A stretch of 62,190 bases of DNA, filler included, from Sphacelaria rigidula (GCA_964200075.2; 5 parts of 5 records of this genome joined end to end with filler, not necessarily neighbours in it), one strand, 5' to 3'. Positions 1-13,385 are shown, numbered from the whole stretch's first letter. A program made the numbers and translations. The notes: generated by a model not told the origin, from the letters alone.

Positions 1-720
1 TACTCATGAGAGGGCGGGGAAGGGGGCGTACTCATTTGTTGCTTGCTTTCGTCGTTTGACCATTGACCACGCATCCCTTTTGAGACGGAGCATACGTCCA
101 GGGAGGGGGGGAGGTTACATGATCATATGACCATTAACCTCGCATTCCTTTAAAGCCGGGGCGGAGCGCGCCCGGTTTTGCGAGAGCTTTCAATTAATCA
201 CCAAGCGCGAAGCGCCGTGATGTGTCCGGCGAGTCGCATGAAGGGTGAGCTGCATCCTGCGAAGATTGTTCGGCCCGAAGCCTACTGATCATCTTGCATA
301 TGGATGACAGTCTCCAACGAGTTGCTTCATTTTCTGGTCTCGCCGCTTCCAGAGACAGCAACAGCCACACTGCCTCATGGGTGTCTCACCATTGAAACAC
401 TACGTAGTATGATCACCTCGTTGGTACGGGATCGAGGTTCTTCCGTCCCGCACAATATGATCAATTCTCAACCATCATGTTTACCGCAAAAAACGCAAGC
501 TCGCAAAAAAATCGGTAACGTGGTTGCCTAGCTTACGCAGTGAGTGGCGTGTTTCACAGCATCGTTGCCAACCGACGCCAACTCCATGGGGGAAGGGGGG
601 TGGGGGGGGGGCGTACCAATTTGTTGCCTGCCACAGTCGTTTGACCGTTGACCACGCATCCCATTCGAGACACAGAACCGTTTCTGTTCCGTGTAGCATT
701 TGGGCGCTCATCACGTTTTG
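1..720 (+). repeat. Dispersed repeat family; other copies at 43200-43720 (-), 32047-32330 and 24786-24818
   Basis: Shared blocks such as GGCGAGTCGCAT(G/A)AAGGGTGAGCTGCATCCTGCGAA and GACCATTGACCAC. Confidence 0.8.
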
Positions 721-3700
721 CCAAGCGCTACGTGAAGACATACGACACATCTTGTCCCCTGCCTGATTCGCCGTCTGTGGCCACCATCTATCTAGTATAG
801 CGATCGTTTCTCCCTACTGTCAGTTACATCAAACATTTCTATGCTACCTTCGTTTACTTCCCATACGTTCCCTCACAACACCGGAGAGAGACGGGTGGGG
901 GTGCGGATCATCGGAGGAACGTTGCACGTTATTTATTCATGTTTCCATACTACGAAAGTTCTCAACATCCACGTGCTCATAGAAAAAGACGTGCAGTGTG
1001 ACTTGAAAACAACAGTTATGAAGTTGAATCCACCATGGGCGATTTTGGGTGATCTATGTGGGGCAAGGGTAGCAGGGTTAACAGTGTTTTTTTCAAATGT
1101 TGTGTACAGGTCGCCTGTGTGCATGCGTACACCCTCGTGTTCTTCCATGGATACGCTCGTGCCTCGATCACACAAGCTGACACACCCGCTCCCCTCACAA
1201 TAATGCAGAGATAGGTCATCCCCAATCTCTCACAGCTGCCAGTCAACTTTCCCACGGCGACGACTGCCTCACGACTGAGGGAACTGCTCTATGATGAAAC
1301 TTGGCGACTTGTCGCCGGTACCGGGGGTCGTTGCGGTGCTGTTCAGTACATACAGGTTGGTCAGTATATGTGACCACGTAGCACGTGTGGTTTCCCGGTC
1401 GGTCCGTGGGTGCGACATGAGCCATGTTTGGTCTAACACATTTTGTTGGCGGCACATATCTGTTGTCGGAATTTTTCCGATACGCGTTCTCGTCTGCGGT
1501 ACGGACTACCCGGGACCGGGATTGTGGTACGTGTGCCATAAGCTGCACATCCAACAGAGCGAACCATCTTGCACACCTACTGAGCTCACCTAGGGCCGAA
1601 GCTCGTAGGAGTAGGGCTGTGTGTCCACTACTCCAAGTTGATTTGAGGTTTCAGTGGGCTCAATCACCACACTGCCTTGAGTAAAGGCTTCCGAACGCTC
1701 GAGGTGCCTACCCAACATGACCACCATGAGGCGGTCTAGCCGAGCCTCCAGGTAATCGGCACACGAACCCGCTCGCGGGGTAAGTGTTGGGTGAGGTTTC
1801 CTCCTTCCTTCAAGAAAAAAAAAAAAAACACTACTGAACTCAGCACAAACTCTGTGTGGACGCAGTCCTTCTTCGACTCGTGCACGCCTCTCACTATTCC
1901 AAATATGTATGAACAACCTTGGGTTAAATACAAGTAGTCTGTTTTTTTTTCATGGTGTGTGTTCACATTGCTTGGAATGAGTGTAGGAAACCGTTCCGAA
2001 ATGGGTCGCTTCTTGGCAGAATCGACAGCAGCGGGGGGTGTAATTAACATGCATATACCGTAGTTTCACACGACGGTCACCCCCCGGCCTCCACTTGTCA
2101 ATGCGCTTCCATGTCGATCTCAATGTTTGGCGGCAAAGGCACGCAGGCCCGGCGTTTCGCACATTGTCTCCCCAGACGAGCGTGCTGTACTTACCGCTAA
2201 TGGTCTTCGGCACGCTAATATTCTCGAGGGCGATATGGGCAATAGTGGATATTTTACTGCCGCGCCCCGCGCTCCATCTTCCGGCTCTAGCATCGCAAGC
2301 GGTGCCGTCGGTCGACCCCTCCCCTCCGCGGGTGCTGTTTCGCCCAGACTCTGGGCGGTACACCAGGGGTGACCTGGGCGTCGATGCATTGGCGGCCGGA
2401 GCCGGGGCTGCCACCCTCCCCGGTAGAGGCGTTGGCGGAGGACCGAGGAAGGCGTCTGCAAAGCGCAGTAACGTAAATGATACCATCAACGCGGCAGCGC
2501 AAAATATGGTAGGATTGCGCGGTGGTCGTATCGGAGCTCATGCGAGTTTTGGGGGGAGTGCGGGCGGGCGGGATAGACCACGATCAGGAGCGGAGTTGGA
2601 GCAGGCGCCATCGCCGGGGTTCCTTGGCATTCGTGGGAGTGGGGGCGGTGGGGTTTCTGATGGCGTAGGAGGAGGGACACCAGGGCGCGCAAGGACGGGG
2701 GCCCCGCTGTTTTCAGGAGGTGAGCGGAAATTACCGAGCAAAAACGACGTACTCCCCCGAACAACTACACGTTGGTAGCAACTGGAGGCCCGTTGAGGAG
2801 GCCTGAAAGGGCAATGCTGCCCTATGTTCGTAGGGTCTGGTACATGGTGTGTGCCTCAGCGCTTTTGTTCGTGGTGCTTGCTCCACTGGTTTGTGTGTAT
2901 GGCCAGCGGGCGTGAGGCGTGTGGCCCAGCGTGAGTCTGAAAAGGGTTCCACCAGTATAATCCTGCTAAGTGACGTATGCATTACGCCATCCTTCAAGGT
3001 TTAGAAAGTTATCATGCACCATGCTCCAGCTGATCGTGTATCATTCAATGAATGGTTGACAAATGAAAGTAAAAAAAAAACTATATCTGGCCTTGTTGAA
3101 CAGTAACGCTGTAACAAAGCAAGGGCGGCTATTGGCAACTCGTCCGTGAAATGGTTCCGAAAACCACGGACTTCCGCACCAGACCCCAATCGAAACTTCA
3201 CATTCTCATGCATCTTCACTCAACCCTACCCGTTTGGTAGAAGTTACCGGGAACGAAATAATCTCCTCGTCCTCGACAGCAATATAAACTCTCCAATCGA
3301 ATTTGTACCAGTACGAAACAGCAGGGTGTTTCTCTTCGTGCTCGGTACTTGCATTCACTGATGAAAGAAGTAGTGGAAGCACACTCCACGTTTCTTGTCA
3401 TAAATTCAAGAGAATCACGTCCTGGACAAAATACAACATCACGCCCTGGACGAAAGACAACAGCGTCCAAAGGTGCGCGACGTACACTATCGAGTTGTGC
3501 GTCTCTTGCAATGGACATACGATTTCATCCTGTACGCAGTACACTGTTTTTCAACGTTATCTATTGCCCAGGATGTAAGAATACGAAACCTCGAATTCGA
3601 AAATATTACGAATTTCATCTCATCACATGCTACGGAATCAATCGAAGCTACTACTCAAAGTGTTGTCCATCAGCAGGAGAAACAAGTTACTTATTGCGAC

Positions 3701-6189
3701 CGCCTTTTCCGTGGATTTCTATTTTCCAGTACAATTTTAAAATGAGCTAGTCTCGGCGAAGCACGACCTCATACTAAGCGTTAACGGTGTCGAGTTCAAA
3801 TATCTACCGATCAATATGTAGTGACTGTACAGAAGAAGGAGCCACGAGCGTGTCGTTCCCATCTCATTGCAAGCACATCTTACGCGCATATGCGCGTTGG
3901 GTGCTGGCACGCGTCCCGGGAACGTGTAATTGGATCACATTGTATATCCGAATGGACACTTTGATTTTCACCGTCGAAGGCCCTTTTTCACATATCGCCA
4001 AATTCTACGTCATCAATCCTGTGCAGCATTTTCCCGGCAAACATAGCATTCTTGGAAGGCGCCAGTCGTACCGCAAGTTGATCATAAGGTAAAACGCTTC
4101 ATCGCAGGGCAGAGAGTGGAAATCATACGAATATACCACCTACGAGGCGAAGATTGGGTAGCATGTCAATCCAACAGCTGAGGGACCTCGGCAGTCATTC
4201 AGTTTTTTAATTTGGCTCGAGTTTGGTACGCTATGCAGTCTGTTGATCGAGCACTGCGATGCCAATCTAACCACCGAAACAAGCGAAGCTACACCCTCTT
4301 TTCCAGGATGAAAAAGCACACCGTCCGCGTGCTCCTTCAAGCACACGACATTCCATCAAGGGACCTTCCGCAGCAACAGTGGCAGCCCTCTGTAGCTTGT
4401 AGCAGCGTAAATCATCATACGTCGATCATTGGTGTACTTGGGTAAAACAATCTTGCCAACTGTTATATAAGACCAAAGCTTAGAAAATCGAAAATTTTAC
4501 AATCTTCCATTTTTTATTATCGCTAGCCACATGCAAGAGCAAATGACTCAGAGGCATGCCACCATGGTTTGGACGAATAAAATCGTGGCTAGACTCATAT
4601 TCAGCATTCGGAAGGAAGGATCAATCACACGATTCGTACGCAAGTTGTGATTTGTATCTGTTTCGGGTTCGTCATTCGTGCGACACAGCTTGAAGTGTAC
4701 ACATTCCCAGTTCGCGATTGGTGCATGTGGAAGGCACACATTCCTTTCCTTTCATTTTTTTGGGTGAAGCATAGGTACAGGTTTCGCAATTCCTTTTCAT
4801 TCAGCATGAGTCATGGGCACACATTCTCTATCTTCCAATCATGCGGGGTGAATCAAGCGTACATGGTCCTCACTTTTTGTTCATGCAGTATGAATCTTAC
4901 GTACATGTTCCCCCAAAATTAATTCATACAGCATGAATCATACGTACGTGTTTCCTACCTTCCATTCATACAAGACGGATCAAGTGTACGTGTTCCCCAC
5001 TTTTCATTCATGTACGTGAATCATACGTACATGTTCCCCACCTTTTGCTCATACAAGATGGATCAAGTGTACATGTTGCCTACTTTTCATTTACGTGAAT
5101 CATACGTACATGTTCCCCACCTCGTGTTCATATGATCTCAATAATGAAAACAATTGTGTCGTCCCTGTCATTTCATGGGATGCGACTCTTCGGTGGCGCA
5201 GCCTTTTTGCAGATGAGGTAGGCAAATAAGAGCGTACAGGTCGCGAGCCCCGAAGAGCCAAATCCGCAATTACAACCCAATTCCAATTTTTGTACTCATT
5301 GTAACACATCCACTTTAGTACAACGCACCCGTATGTATGCCCGAAACAGTTTTTCTAGCCCCCCCCGCGCGCAATGCCATTGACAAGCCTTTGTCGTTTC
5401 ATGTTGTGTTCTGTGGTACAGTGAACTTGAACATCACATGTACACAATTACGAAGACTTGCGAAGAGAACAGCGCCCGCACGAGTCGTCCTCCCATGCTC
5501 GCGGGAGCGTCGGAAAAACTCCTGCATCGTACACTGTAGTCCGTGGGCAGTACGGGTCAGCATGGCAAAGGACGCATCGGCGCGCCCAGAGTGATTCTTG
5601 AAACTGTTTATTTTCCCAAGCTGAGCTATTCACGGCCTTTGTCCTCTCCATGTTCTATTCTGCGGTACAGTTGGCCTGAATATAGACAGTACAGAGACAG
5701 CGTCAGACAGCACCAGTACTGCAAGTCGTTCCCGCATGTTCGCGTGAGCTTTTGGAAATACTCCGGCAACGCTCACTGCAGTCTGCGGATAGTGCAGTGC
5801 AGTACAGCATAGTACTGTACAAGTTGTGCAGGGGACAACAGACAACAGTAGTACGAAACCTTCCATTGTTACGGTACAAGATCAAGAGTACATGCTAATC
5901 ATGAGTACATGCCGTGATCCCCCTACAGAACATCCAGCGTGAATCATAAATATATGTTTCCCACCTTCCATTCAATCGTACAAATATTTCTTCTTCGTCC
6001 ATGCAGCATGAGTCATGGGCACATATTCCTCACCTTCCGTTCACACGAGGTTAATCACAGGTGCATGTTTCCACACGTAGGACAGCTCATGAGCTAGCTC
6101 ATCTGCGGGCGGTAGCTCACTTGTAGCCAAACATGTACATGTGAGCTATGCCCGATAGCTCAACATAAGGTAAACGTGCGCTGATGAGC

Positions 6190-6880
6190 TACAAGTTGGT
6201 ACCTCACCCAGGGCAAACATGCGGAGCTCATGCAGCTCTCATAGCTCACCCGGGGCTAATATAAGCTGATGAGCTACGAGTTGGTAGCTCACCCAGGGCA
6301 AACATGTGTAGCTCATGCAGGTCTCGCAGCTCATCCAGGGCTAATATGAGCTGATGAGCTACGAGTTGGCAGCTCACCGAGGGCAAACATGCGTAGCTGA
6401 TACAGCTCCCATAGCTCACTCAGAGCAAACATGTGTAGCTCTCATAGCTCACCCAGGGCAAAAATGCGTAGCTGATGCAGCTCTCATAGCTCACCCAGGG
6501 CGAATATGAGCTGATGAGCTACGACTTGGTAGCCCAACCAGGGCAAACATGCGTAGCTGATACAGCTCTCATAGCTCACCCAGGGCGAATATGAGCTGAT
6601 GAGCTACGACTTGGTAGCCCAACCAGGGCAAATATGAGCTGATGAGCTACGACTTGGTAGCTCACCCAGGGCAAATATGCGTAGCTCACACAGCTCTCAT
6701 AGCCCACCCAGGACGAATCTGAGCTGATGAGCTAAGGGTTGGTAGCTGACGTACGGTAAACGTGCGTAGCTCATACAGCTCCCATAGCTCACCCAGGGCG
6801 AATATGAGCTGAGGAGCTACGGGTTGGTAGCTCACCCAGGGCAAACATGTGTAGCTCACCCAGCTCTTGTAGCTCCTCAC
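6190..6880 (+). repeat. AGCT-rich tandem array of ~42/43-bp A/B subunits (AGCTCACCCAGGGC...)
   Basis: Direct repeats; related arrays at 7395-7800 and 11370-11720. Confidence 0.92.
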
Positions 6881-7172
6881 CCGGGGAAAACATGAGCGGA
6901 TGACCTACGTCCGGTAGCTCACCGCAGGGACACATGGTAGTGGCTCACTCACGTCATATGCCTAGCTCGCCGCTGGCCAACCCCGTGTCGCTTATGATGT
7001 AACATTCTTGTTCGAACGGATGGCGCCACATATCATTAGGTTGTGATGTTTTGCCTCACCCTTCGCGATAGGAAGAAAAGAAGCCAATACATCCTCGTTC
7101 GCTTGGTCGGATGGTGAAAAAAAGTATCAATATTCAGTGTCTACAATAATCGACCGATTCATTGCTTTTGAT

Positions 7173-7384
7173 CGGTTGACCGCGAGGGTACGAGTCCATC
7201 TGGTCATGCATACGTTTTTCAAGTGAAATTGGAGCCGGTTCAACAGATCACTTATGCTCGCCGTCAAGGGGTTAGCCCTTTGACCGCGAGGGTTGGCGAT
7301 CTGATGAATCAGCAGAATTCAGTTGAATTTTCGGGTGTGAACGATGCCGATTCGGAGACCTCCTACCCTCGCGCGGTCAGAGGG
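7173..7384. mobile_element. Two tandem ~100-bp piggyBac-like MITEs inside the AGCT element (duplicated at ~11147-11358)
   Basis: CCCTTTGACCGCGAG-type TIRs joined by TTAG. Confidence 0.65.
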
Positions 7385-8642
7385 ATCAGCAATCGTAGCT
7401 CTCATAGCTATCATAGCTCATTCAGGGCAAATACTCGCAGCTCACCTAGCTCTCATAGCGCATCCAGGGCAAACATGTGTACCTCATGCATCTCTCATAG
7501 CTCATCCGGGGCAAACATGTGTACCTCATGCAGCTCTCATAGCTCACCCAGGTCTAGTATGAGCTGATGAGCTACGGGTTGGTAGCTCACCCAGGGCGAA
7601 ACTGAGCTGATGAGCTACGGGTTGGTAGCTCACCTATCGCAAACGTGCGTAGCTCATACAGCTCTCATAGCTCACCCAGGGCGAAACTGAGCTGATGAGC
7701 TACGGGTTGGTAGCTGACGTACGGTAAGCATGCGTGGCTCATGCAGCTCTCATAGCTCACCCCAGGAAAAGCATGCGTAGCTCATGTAGCTCTCATGTTT
7801 TGGCTGACTAGGGAGCTACGCTCGAAAAGAGCTAGCTCGAGCTATAGGGAGCTGATCTGTCCGACGTGTGAATGATTCCGAAATTCCGTTCATGCAGCAT
7901 GAACCATACGTACATATTCCCTGCCTTTTATCCATACGAGGGGAATCAAGTGTATACGTTTCCCAATTTCGGCTCATGCAGCATGAATCATCCGTACATG
8001 TGCCCCACCTTCGATTCATACGAGAGGAATCAAGTGCACATGTTTCCCACGCATGACACATGCATGAGTTGTGATTCATGCATACTTTGCACTCTCTATT
8101 CGTCTAATACTACTTGGGGTGTACACATTCTGAGTTCGTGATTCGTGCCGTATGACCTTGAACGTACAACTTCACCACCCGTGATTTATACTGGATGACT
8201 CTTTGGTAAATGATACGCATTCAATATTCATGGGGAGTCAGCCCGTATGACGTCTGGTTCGTCCGAACTGTGCGTGGTATAATACATGTTGCATCAATGG
8301 TCACACCCACATCGTGCCCTTTTAGCGCTGCATTCGGTGTGAGTACATTCGTCGTTGGTAATCAAGCAACAGCATGCATCAACATAATCAGTATGCACAA
8401 ACCGCACAAAAGACGACTGCGCTGTATATCTGTGTGAACAGAACATATAAACTGTACCTCATCCAAAACAGCAGTGGATCGAGAACTGCCGCTCCCTCCT
8501 GCCTCACCAAAAAATTGTACAATCAGCATCATCCTGCGCACAAAACATGCACTTGTGCATGTCCGCATTTCACTCAGCACACGCAATGCGACCGTCCTCG
8601 CTGAGCCGCAGTACATCATGCGTGATCAGTATAGCATCATAA

Positions 8643-8985
8643 ATGTGTGTTTTGCCATCCAACCTAATCTGGACGCCAGTCTACACCTCTCCGTGGATGT
8701 GGGCGCATCACCCGGGGTCACACAAGAACACACTAGTCTTTTTCTTGTTTATCCCGCCTTCCTTCTACGGTGCTCGCCTTGATTTCTTTTGAGATAAGGT
8801 TTCAGCTATCCCTTCCCTCGTCGGCCTCGAAGTCGAATTTTGTGTATACATGACATTGTCGCTCTTTACTGTCGGGGCATGATGTTGGAAAAAACCCCAA
8901 ATGTTGTAACTTCACCGAGATTCGAATCCACGCACCAACCGCCGACAGGTTTCGAAGTTACCACCTGAGTCAACGCGGCGACCGG
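8643..8985 (-). mobile_element. tRNA-headed SINE-like element
   Basis: Head CCGGTCGCCGCGTTGACTCAGGTGG...GGATTCGAATCTC plus body shared with the 17307, 18455 and 24528 copies. Confidence 0.72.
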
Positions 8986-8990
8986 ATGAA

Positions 8991-8991
<1 letters not shown>

Positions 8992-9021
<30 letters not shown>
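8992..9021 (+). repeat. (CA)n microsatellite
   Basis: Direct. Confidence 0.95.
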
Positions 9022-9022
<1 letters not shown>

Positions 9023-10673
9023 ACGCCTCGTGCGTAAACAGCAGCGCAAACATAAGCACAGAAAAGAACAACCAAGCTGCAATTATCGTGAGGAACGACC
9101 GACACATACTCGTGCCATCATGTGTCTCCTCGTTCTCAGGTTGCACCTAATCCCAGCAGCATCTCAACGATGCCACCGAACCCCGCGTTCACTAGAGTAG
9201 CAACCTCACCAGTAGTACCTCCATCATGCTCCTCAAACCCACTTTCGAGTAACGGCAGCACTCAAACCACAAACTCCTCGGAGGTGCGCACGCGATAGAG
9301 CAGCTTTTTAACTCGGATACCCTGTTCTCGAGTCACAAGAAAGCAAAACCACAGCGCCCACCCCCAACGACGGCAGCCAACGCACCCCCGAGCGGCGATC
9401 GCCGCATCGCGTGGTCAAAGCAACAAGCTTCTCTACCCGGGCAGATACTTGCACAGTACACTACAACTTCTTTTTGGCCAATTGCACACATGGAGCGAGA
9501 TCCAAGACCCGCAGAGCATCACCTTCCGATGCCGTTTCTTTTACCTTCCGACAACCCCGCGGCGCAACAGGAACGACACCTCCGTCACCGCAGTCTACCA
9601 TGCCAAAATTGTTCATGTGAACAGGACTATAGTAGATATGACCGACCCAATCCCGTGCAACGCTTGACGTGATGTCGCCGCAGCAAGGATAATCGACAGT
9701 GGCATCGTATGTTCAATAAACCATGGTCTCTGCCACATGGACAATTGTCAGAAGCCCCTCAGCCCTTCTGCACCGTGTCGGTAAGGACCACCAGAATATG
9801 TCGATCCTAGCCAAACTGATTACCTTCTGTTTAGTTATCTACACAACATCGGCATGAGTGCACGCCGCAGAGAGGCTCACATCGCAGTAGTGAACCCGTA
9901 GCGAGGCACAGATACGTCAAGAGGCATTATCTATTTATCGCACGTTGTTCACAGAGGACCATGGTAACACTTACGGGTACTAGAATATCATACCCACGAC
10001 GCAGTAGGCTCAGGTAGACTTCGACTTGGGCAAGTTCACAAGGCAAGATGAGGAGTCGACTAGTAGAAAAGAAAACTAAGTGAGTGAGGTGTTGTGGGGC
10101 ACGATGTTCTACACTCTTGACCGTCACAACGATGCTCCAATCAATCGTTACTGGCTCTTCCGCCCGAATATACACCCCCCAAGTGCAGGTAACAAATTCT
10201 GGGATCAACGATTCGACCCCCCTCTCCCCCCGCCCCCCTGTATTCGCACGGTGGCAAGAATTTTTTTTTCTCAATCACGCCATCATCATCAAGCCACTTT
10301 AACTCGAAAATACAACTTGGATACGTGGTGTCAATATTGAATCTTGACGGCAACAGCGAAAAAAATATCGAATGTTACGACGATTCTACAACGGATAAAG
10401 CGTGTGGTAGTGAACCAAAAAAACAAGTAGTTATGTTCTTCCAGTTCCATAATTACTTTTACGTTTCAGCCACAATACTGTGTCAGAAAATGGAAAACTA
10501 TCTCCACCCGTTGTAGTGGATTATGACACATTAATACGTGACATAGGGTCAACGGTGCACAAAATACTCTCGCTCAGGCCCGTGTCTCACTTCATGCATG
10601 CCGATTACAAGCATATAGCACTCGGGCTGAGAATCCCCAAGACCAGGCTACTTCATCCGAAGGACAACGCTTG

Positions 10674-11792
10674 CACACGTAGGACAGCTCATGAGCTAGC
10701 TCATCTGCGGGCGGTAGCTCACTTGCAGTCAAACATATACATGTGAGCTACGTTCGATAGCTCAACACGAGGTGAACGTGCGCTGAGGAGCTACGGGTTG
10801 GTAGCTCACCCAGGGCAAACATGTGTAGCTCACCCAGCTCTTGTAGCTCCTCACCCGGGGAAAACATGAGCGGATGACCTACGTCCGGTAGCTCACCGCA
10901 GGGACACATGGTAGTGGCTCACTCACGTCATATGCCTAGCTCGCCGCTGGCCAACCCCGTGTCGCTTATGATGTAACATTCTTGTTCGAACGGATGGCGC
11001 CACATATCATTAGGTTGTGATGTTTTGCCTCACCCTTCGCGATAGGAAGAAAAGAAGCCAATACATCCTCGTTCGCTTGGTCGGATGGTGAAAAAAAGTA
11101 TCAATATTCAGTGTCTACAATAATCGACCGATTCATTGCTTTTGATCGGTTGACCGCGAGGGTACGAGTCCATCTGGTCATGCATACGTTTTTCAAGTGA
11201 AATTGGAGCCGGTTCAACAGATCACTTATGCTCGCCGTCAAGGGGTTAGCCCTTTGACCGCGAGGGTTGGCGATCTGATGAATCAGCAGAATTCAGTTGA
11301 ATTTTCGGGTGTGAACGATGCCGATTCGGAGACCTCCTACCCTCGCGCGGTCAGAGGGATCAGCAATCGTAGCTCTCATAGCTATCATAGCTCATTCAGG
11401 GCAGACATGCGTAGCTCATGCATCTCTTATAGCTCATTCAGGGCAAACATGTGTACCTCATGCATCTCTCATAGCTCATCCGGGGCAAACATGTGTACCT
11501 CATGCATCTCTCATAGCTCATCCGGGGCAAACATGTGTACCTCATGCAGCTCTCATAGCTCACCCAGGTCTAGTATGATGAGGTACGGGTTGGTAGCTCA
11601 CCTATCGCAAACGTGCGTAGCTCATACAGCTCTCATAGCTCACCCAGGACGAATGTAAGCTGATGAGCTACGGGTTGGTAGCTGACGTACTGTAAGCATG
11701 CGTGGCTCATGTAGCTCCCATAGCTAGAGCTAGGGAGCTACGCCCGAAAAGAGCTAGCTCGAGCTACAGGGAGCTGATCTGTCCGACGTGTG
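10674..11792. mobile_element. Same TIR element, copy 2
   Basis: Same TIRs; perfect 8-bp TSD AACGCTTG at 10666-10673 and 11793-11800. Confidence 0.92.
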
Positions 11793-12459
11793 AACGCTTG
11801 TAAACCCTTCACCGTTCGACCGTAACAGCGTTTGGCTAGGCAAAGTGCATCACATGCCACGCGCTATCAAAGACCATGACATATGAGACCATAGCTTGCT
11901 CTACGAAAAAGTCGACCTCTGCGCACGAGTAACAATCCGATCGGGAGGAATCGCTGTTGTAGCAAAAGCTCGACCACGTCTCAAAGTCGAAAATATGTCG
12001 GAAATACTAACGCGCGGCATCAACTGTGCCGTTGTACATTTCTGTCGGTCTAGTGATACAATACGCGAAGACCCGGTCCATGGCACGAAGAAAATCGCGC
12101 AGAATTGCCCGCTCAAGACGATAGCCCATCATCAATCGTCTCAGGTACGTATTCTCCTCCGTGTACAGCGAAACAGTCTATTACTGCGCTATTCCTGTTG
12201 TTGCAATCCCATCCAATTTTCAACCACGAATCAACCCCTTGAACCGAAACTCGACATTGACCACTAATAGATACCTAGGAGTATAGGTCAACAGTACCAT
12301 CCACTATTGCAAGGGTCGGACAAATCAATGATTCGTCTGGAAATTACTTGGTTTTAGTGNNNNNNNNNNNNNNNNNNNNNNNNNNNNNNNNNNNNNNNNN
12401 NNNTTAATTAATTAANNNNNNNNNNNNNNNNNNNNNNNNNNNNNNNNNNNNNNNNNNNN

Positions 12460-12509
<50 letters not shown>
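12460..12509 (+). repeat. (TAA)n microsatellite at gap edge
   Basis: Direct. Confidence 0.95.
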
Positions 12510-12510
<1 letters not shown>

Positions 12511-13385
12511 TAGTTGGGCTTTAGGCCTGAGATTCAGAGAGACAAAAGGTTCAGATAGAGCTGTACACCAGCGGGTGACGTCTGAATAAATAACGAAAAG
12601 CACGGCGATGCAGCGCCCCACTCGGGTACGTCGTCCGCTCAACCCATCAAGATCTCTCGTGACAACTGCCTTGCTCCGCTATAAAACGGTGCACTACGAG
12701 GAAGCGCGCCACGGCCACACCAAACACCTTACAAGTGCACATCTACACAATGACTGTTGAGCACATAAATCATGGATGTGGGCAGCGCCTTGTTCGTACA
12801 GAAGACGGAACAGCCAGCACACCATGACATTTCCTATATGTCGTTGTACTGTGGTGCGTTTGACCCCTCTACAGACATGGTTTGATCTGTGCCGGAGAGT
12901 GCCTGCGCTGCTGTACTGCTGCTGTGTTCCGGTCTGTACAAAATTGGGATGGCACCGAATTGCTGTCTATTCAAACTTAGAAAAAAACACGCCATCGCTA
13001 TGCAGTTGTTCGTTGCGTCTTCTTTGGTGCTTCAGTTGTAGTCGGGTGCCGTGATCCGGGAAGACGCACAAGGCGGGGTGCCTGCCGGCTGGGGCAAACA
13101 AACTGAGCCAGCACGGACTGCTGTATCCTCAGCGATTGATTATCGCAGCTCACTTTATTTCTCGCAGCGGCGCAACGCGTGGCCAATCAAAGCTGCCTTG
13201 CAACCCATATGCATCTCACAGCTCATGCGATTAGAGAAACGTTCCCGCATTTTCGTGTTTTAAAAGGCTCTGATGGGTCGAAAACTATTGTTCTCGCGAC
13301 TTTTGCCCTTATCTGTGGGTGCTGTGCCAGAATAAAGCGGGAGCGACCGTCAAACAAGCACCGGTTCTGTTACACAGCCACCTCG

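Larger units (their letters stand above)
6072..7870. mobile_element. Non-autonomous TIR DNA transposon (8-bp TSD, hAT/P-like) with AGCT-rich tandem arrays, copy 1
   Basis: TIRs CACACGTAGGACAG...CTGTCCGACGTGTG; flanks CATGTTTC/AATGATTC (6/8 match). Confidence 0.85.
4800..8080 (+). repeat. ~40-bp-subunit minisatellite (CATGAATCATACGTACATGTTCCCCAC...) interrupted by insertions at ~5140-5935 and 6072-7870
   Basis: Same units at 4800-5135, 5935-6071 and 7871-8080. Confidence 0.8.

Noticed and set aside
304-531. Small paralogous ORFs (with 43271-43507)
   Set aside because: Similarity is explained by a dispersed repeat, and the frames are not preserved end to end
7223-7567. Duplicated Ser/His/Cys-repeat ORFs (also 11197-11658)
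   Set aside because: Translation of MITE plus satellite DNA; GTG start
6190-7800. CRISPR-like regular repeats
   Set aside because: No unique spacers, no cas genes and a eukaryotic context; it is a tandem array inside a TIR element
12404-12415. TTAATTAATTAA inside N runs (four times)
   Set aside because: Artificial six-frame-stop scaffold spacer, not biology
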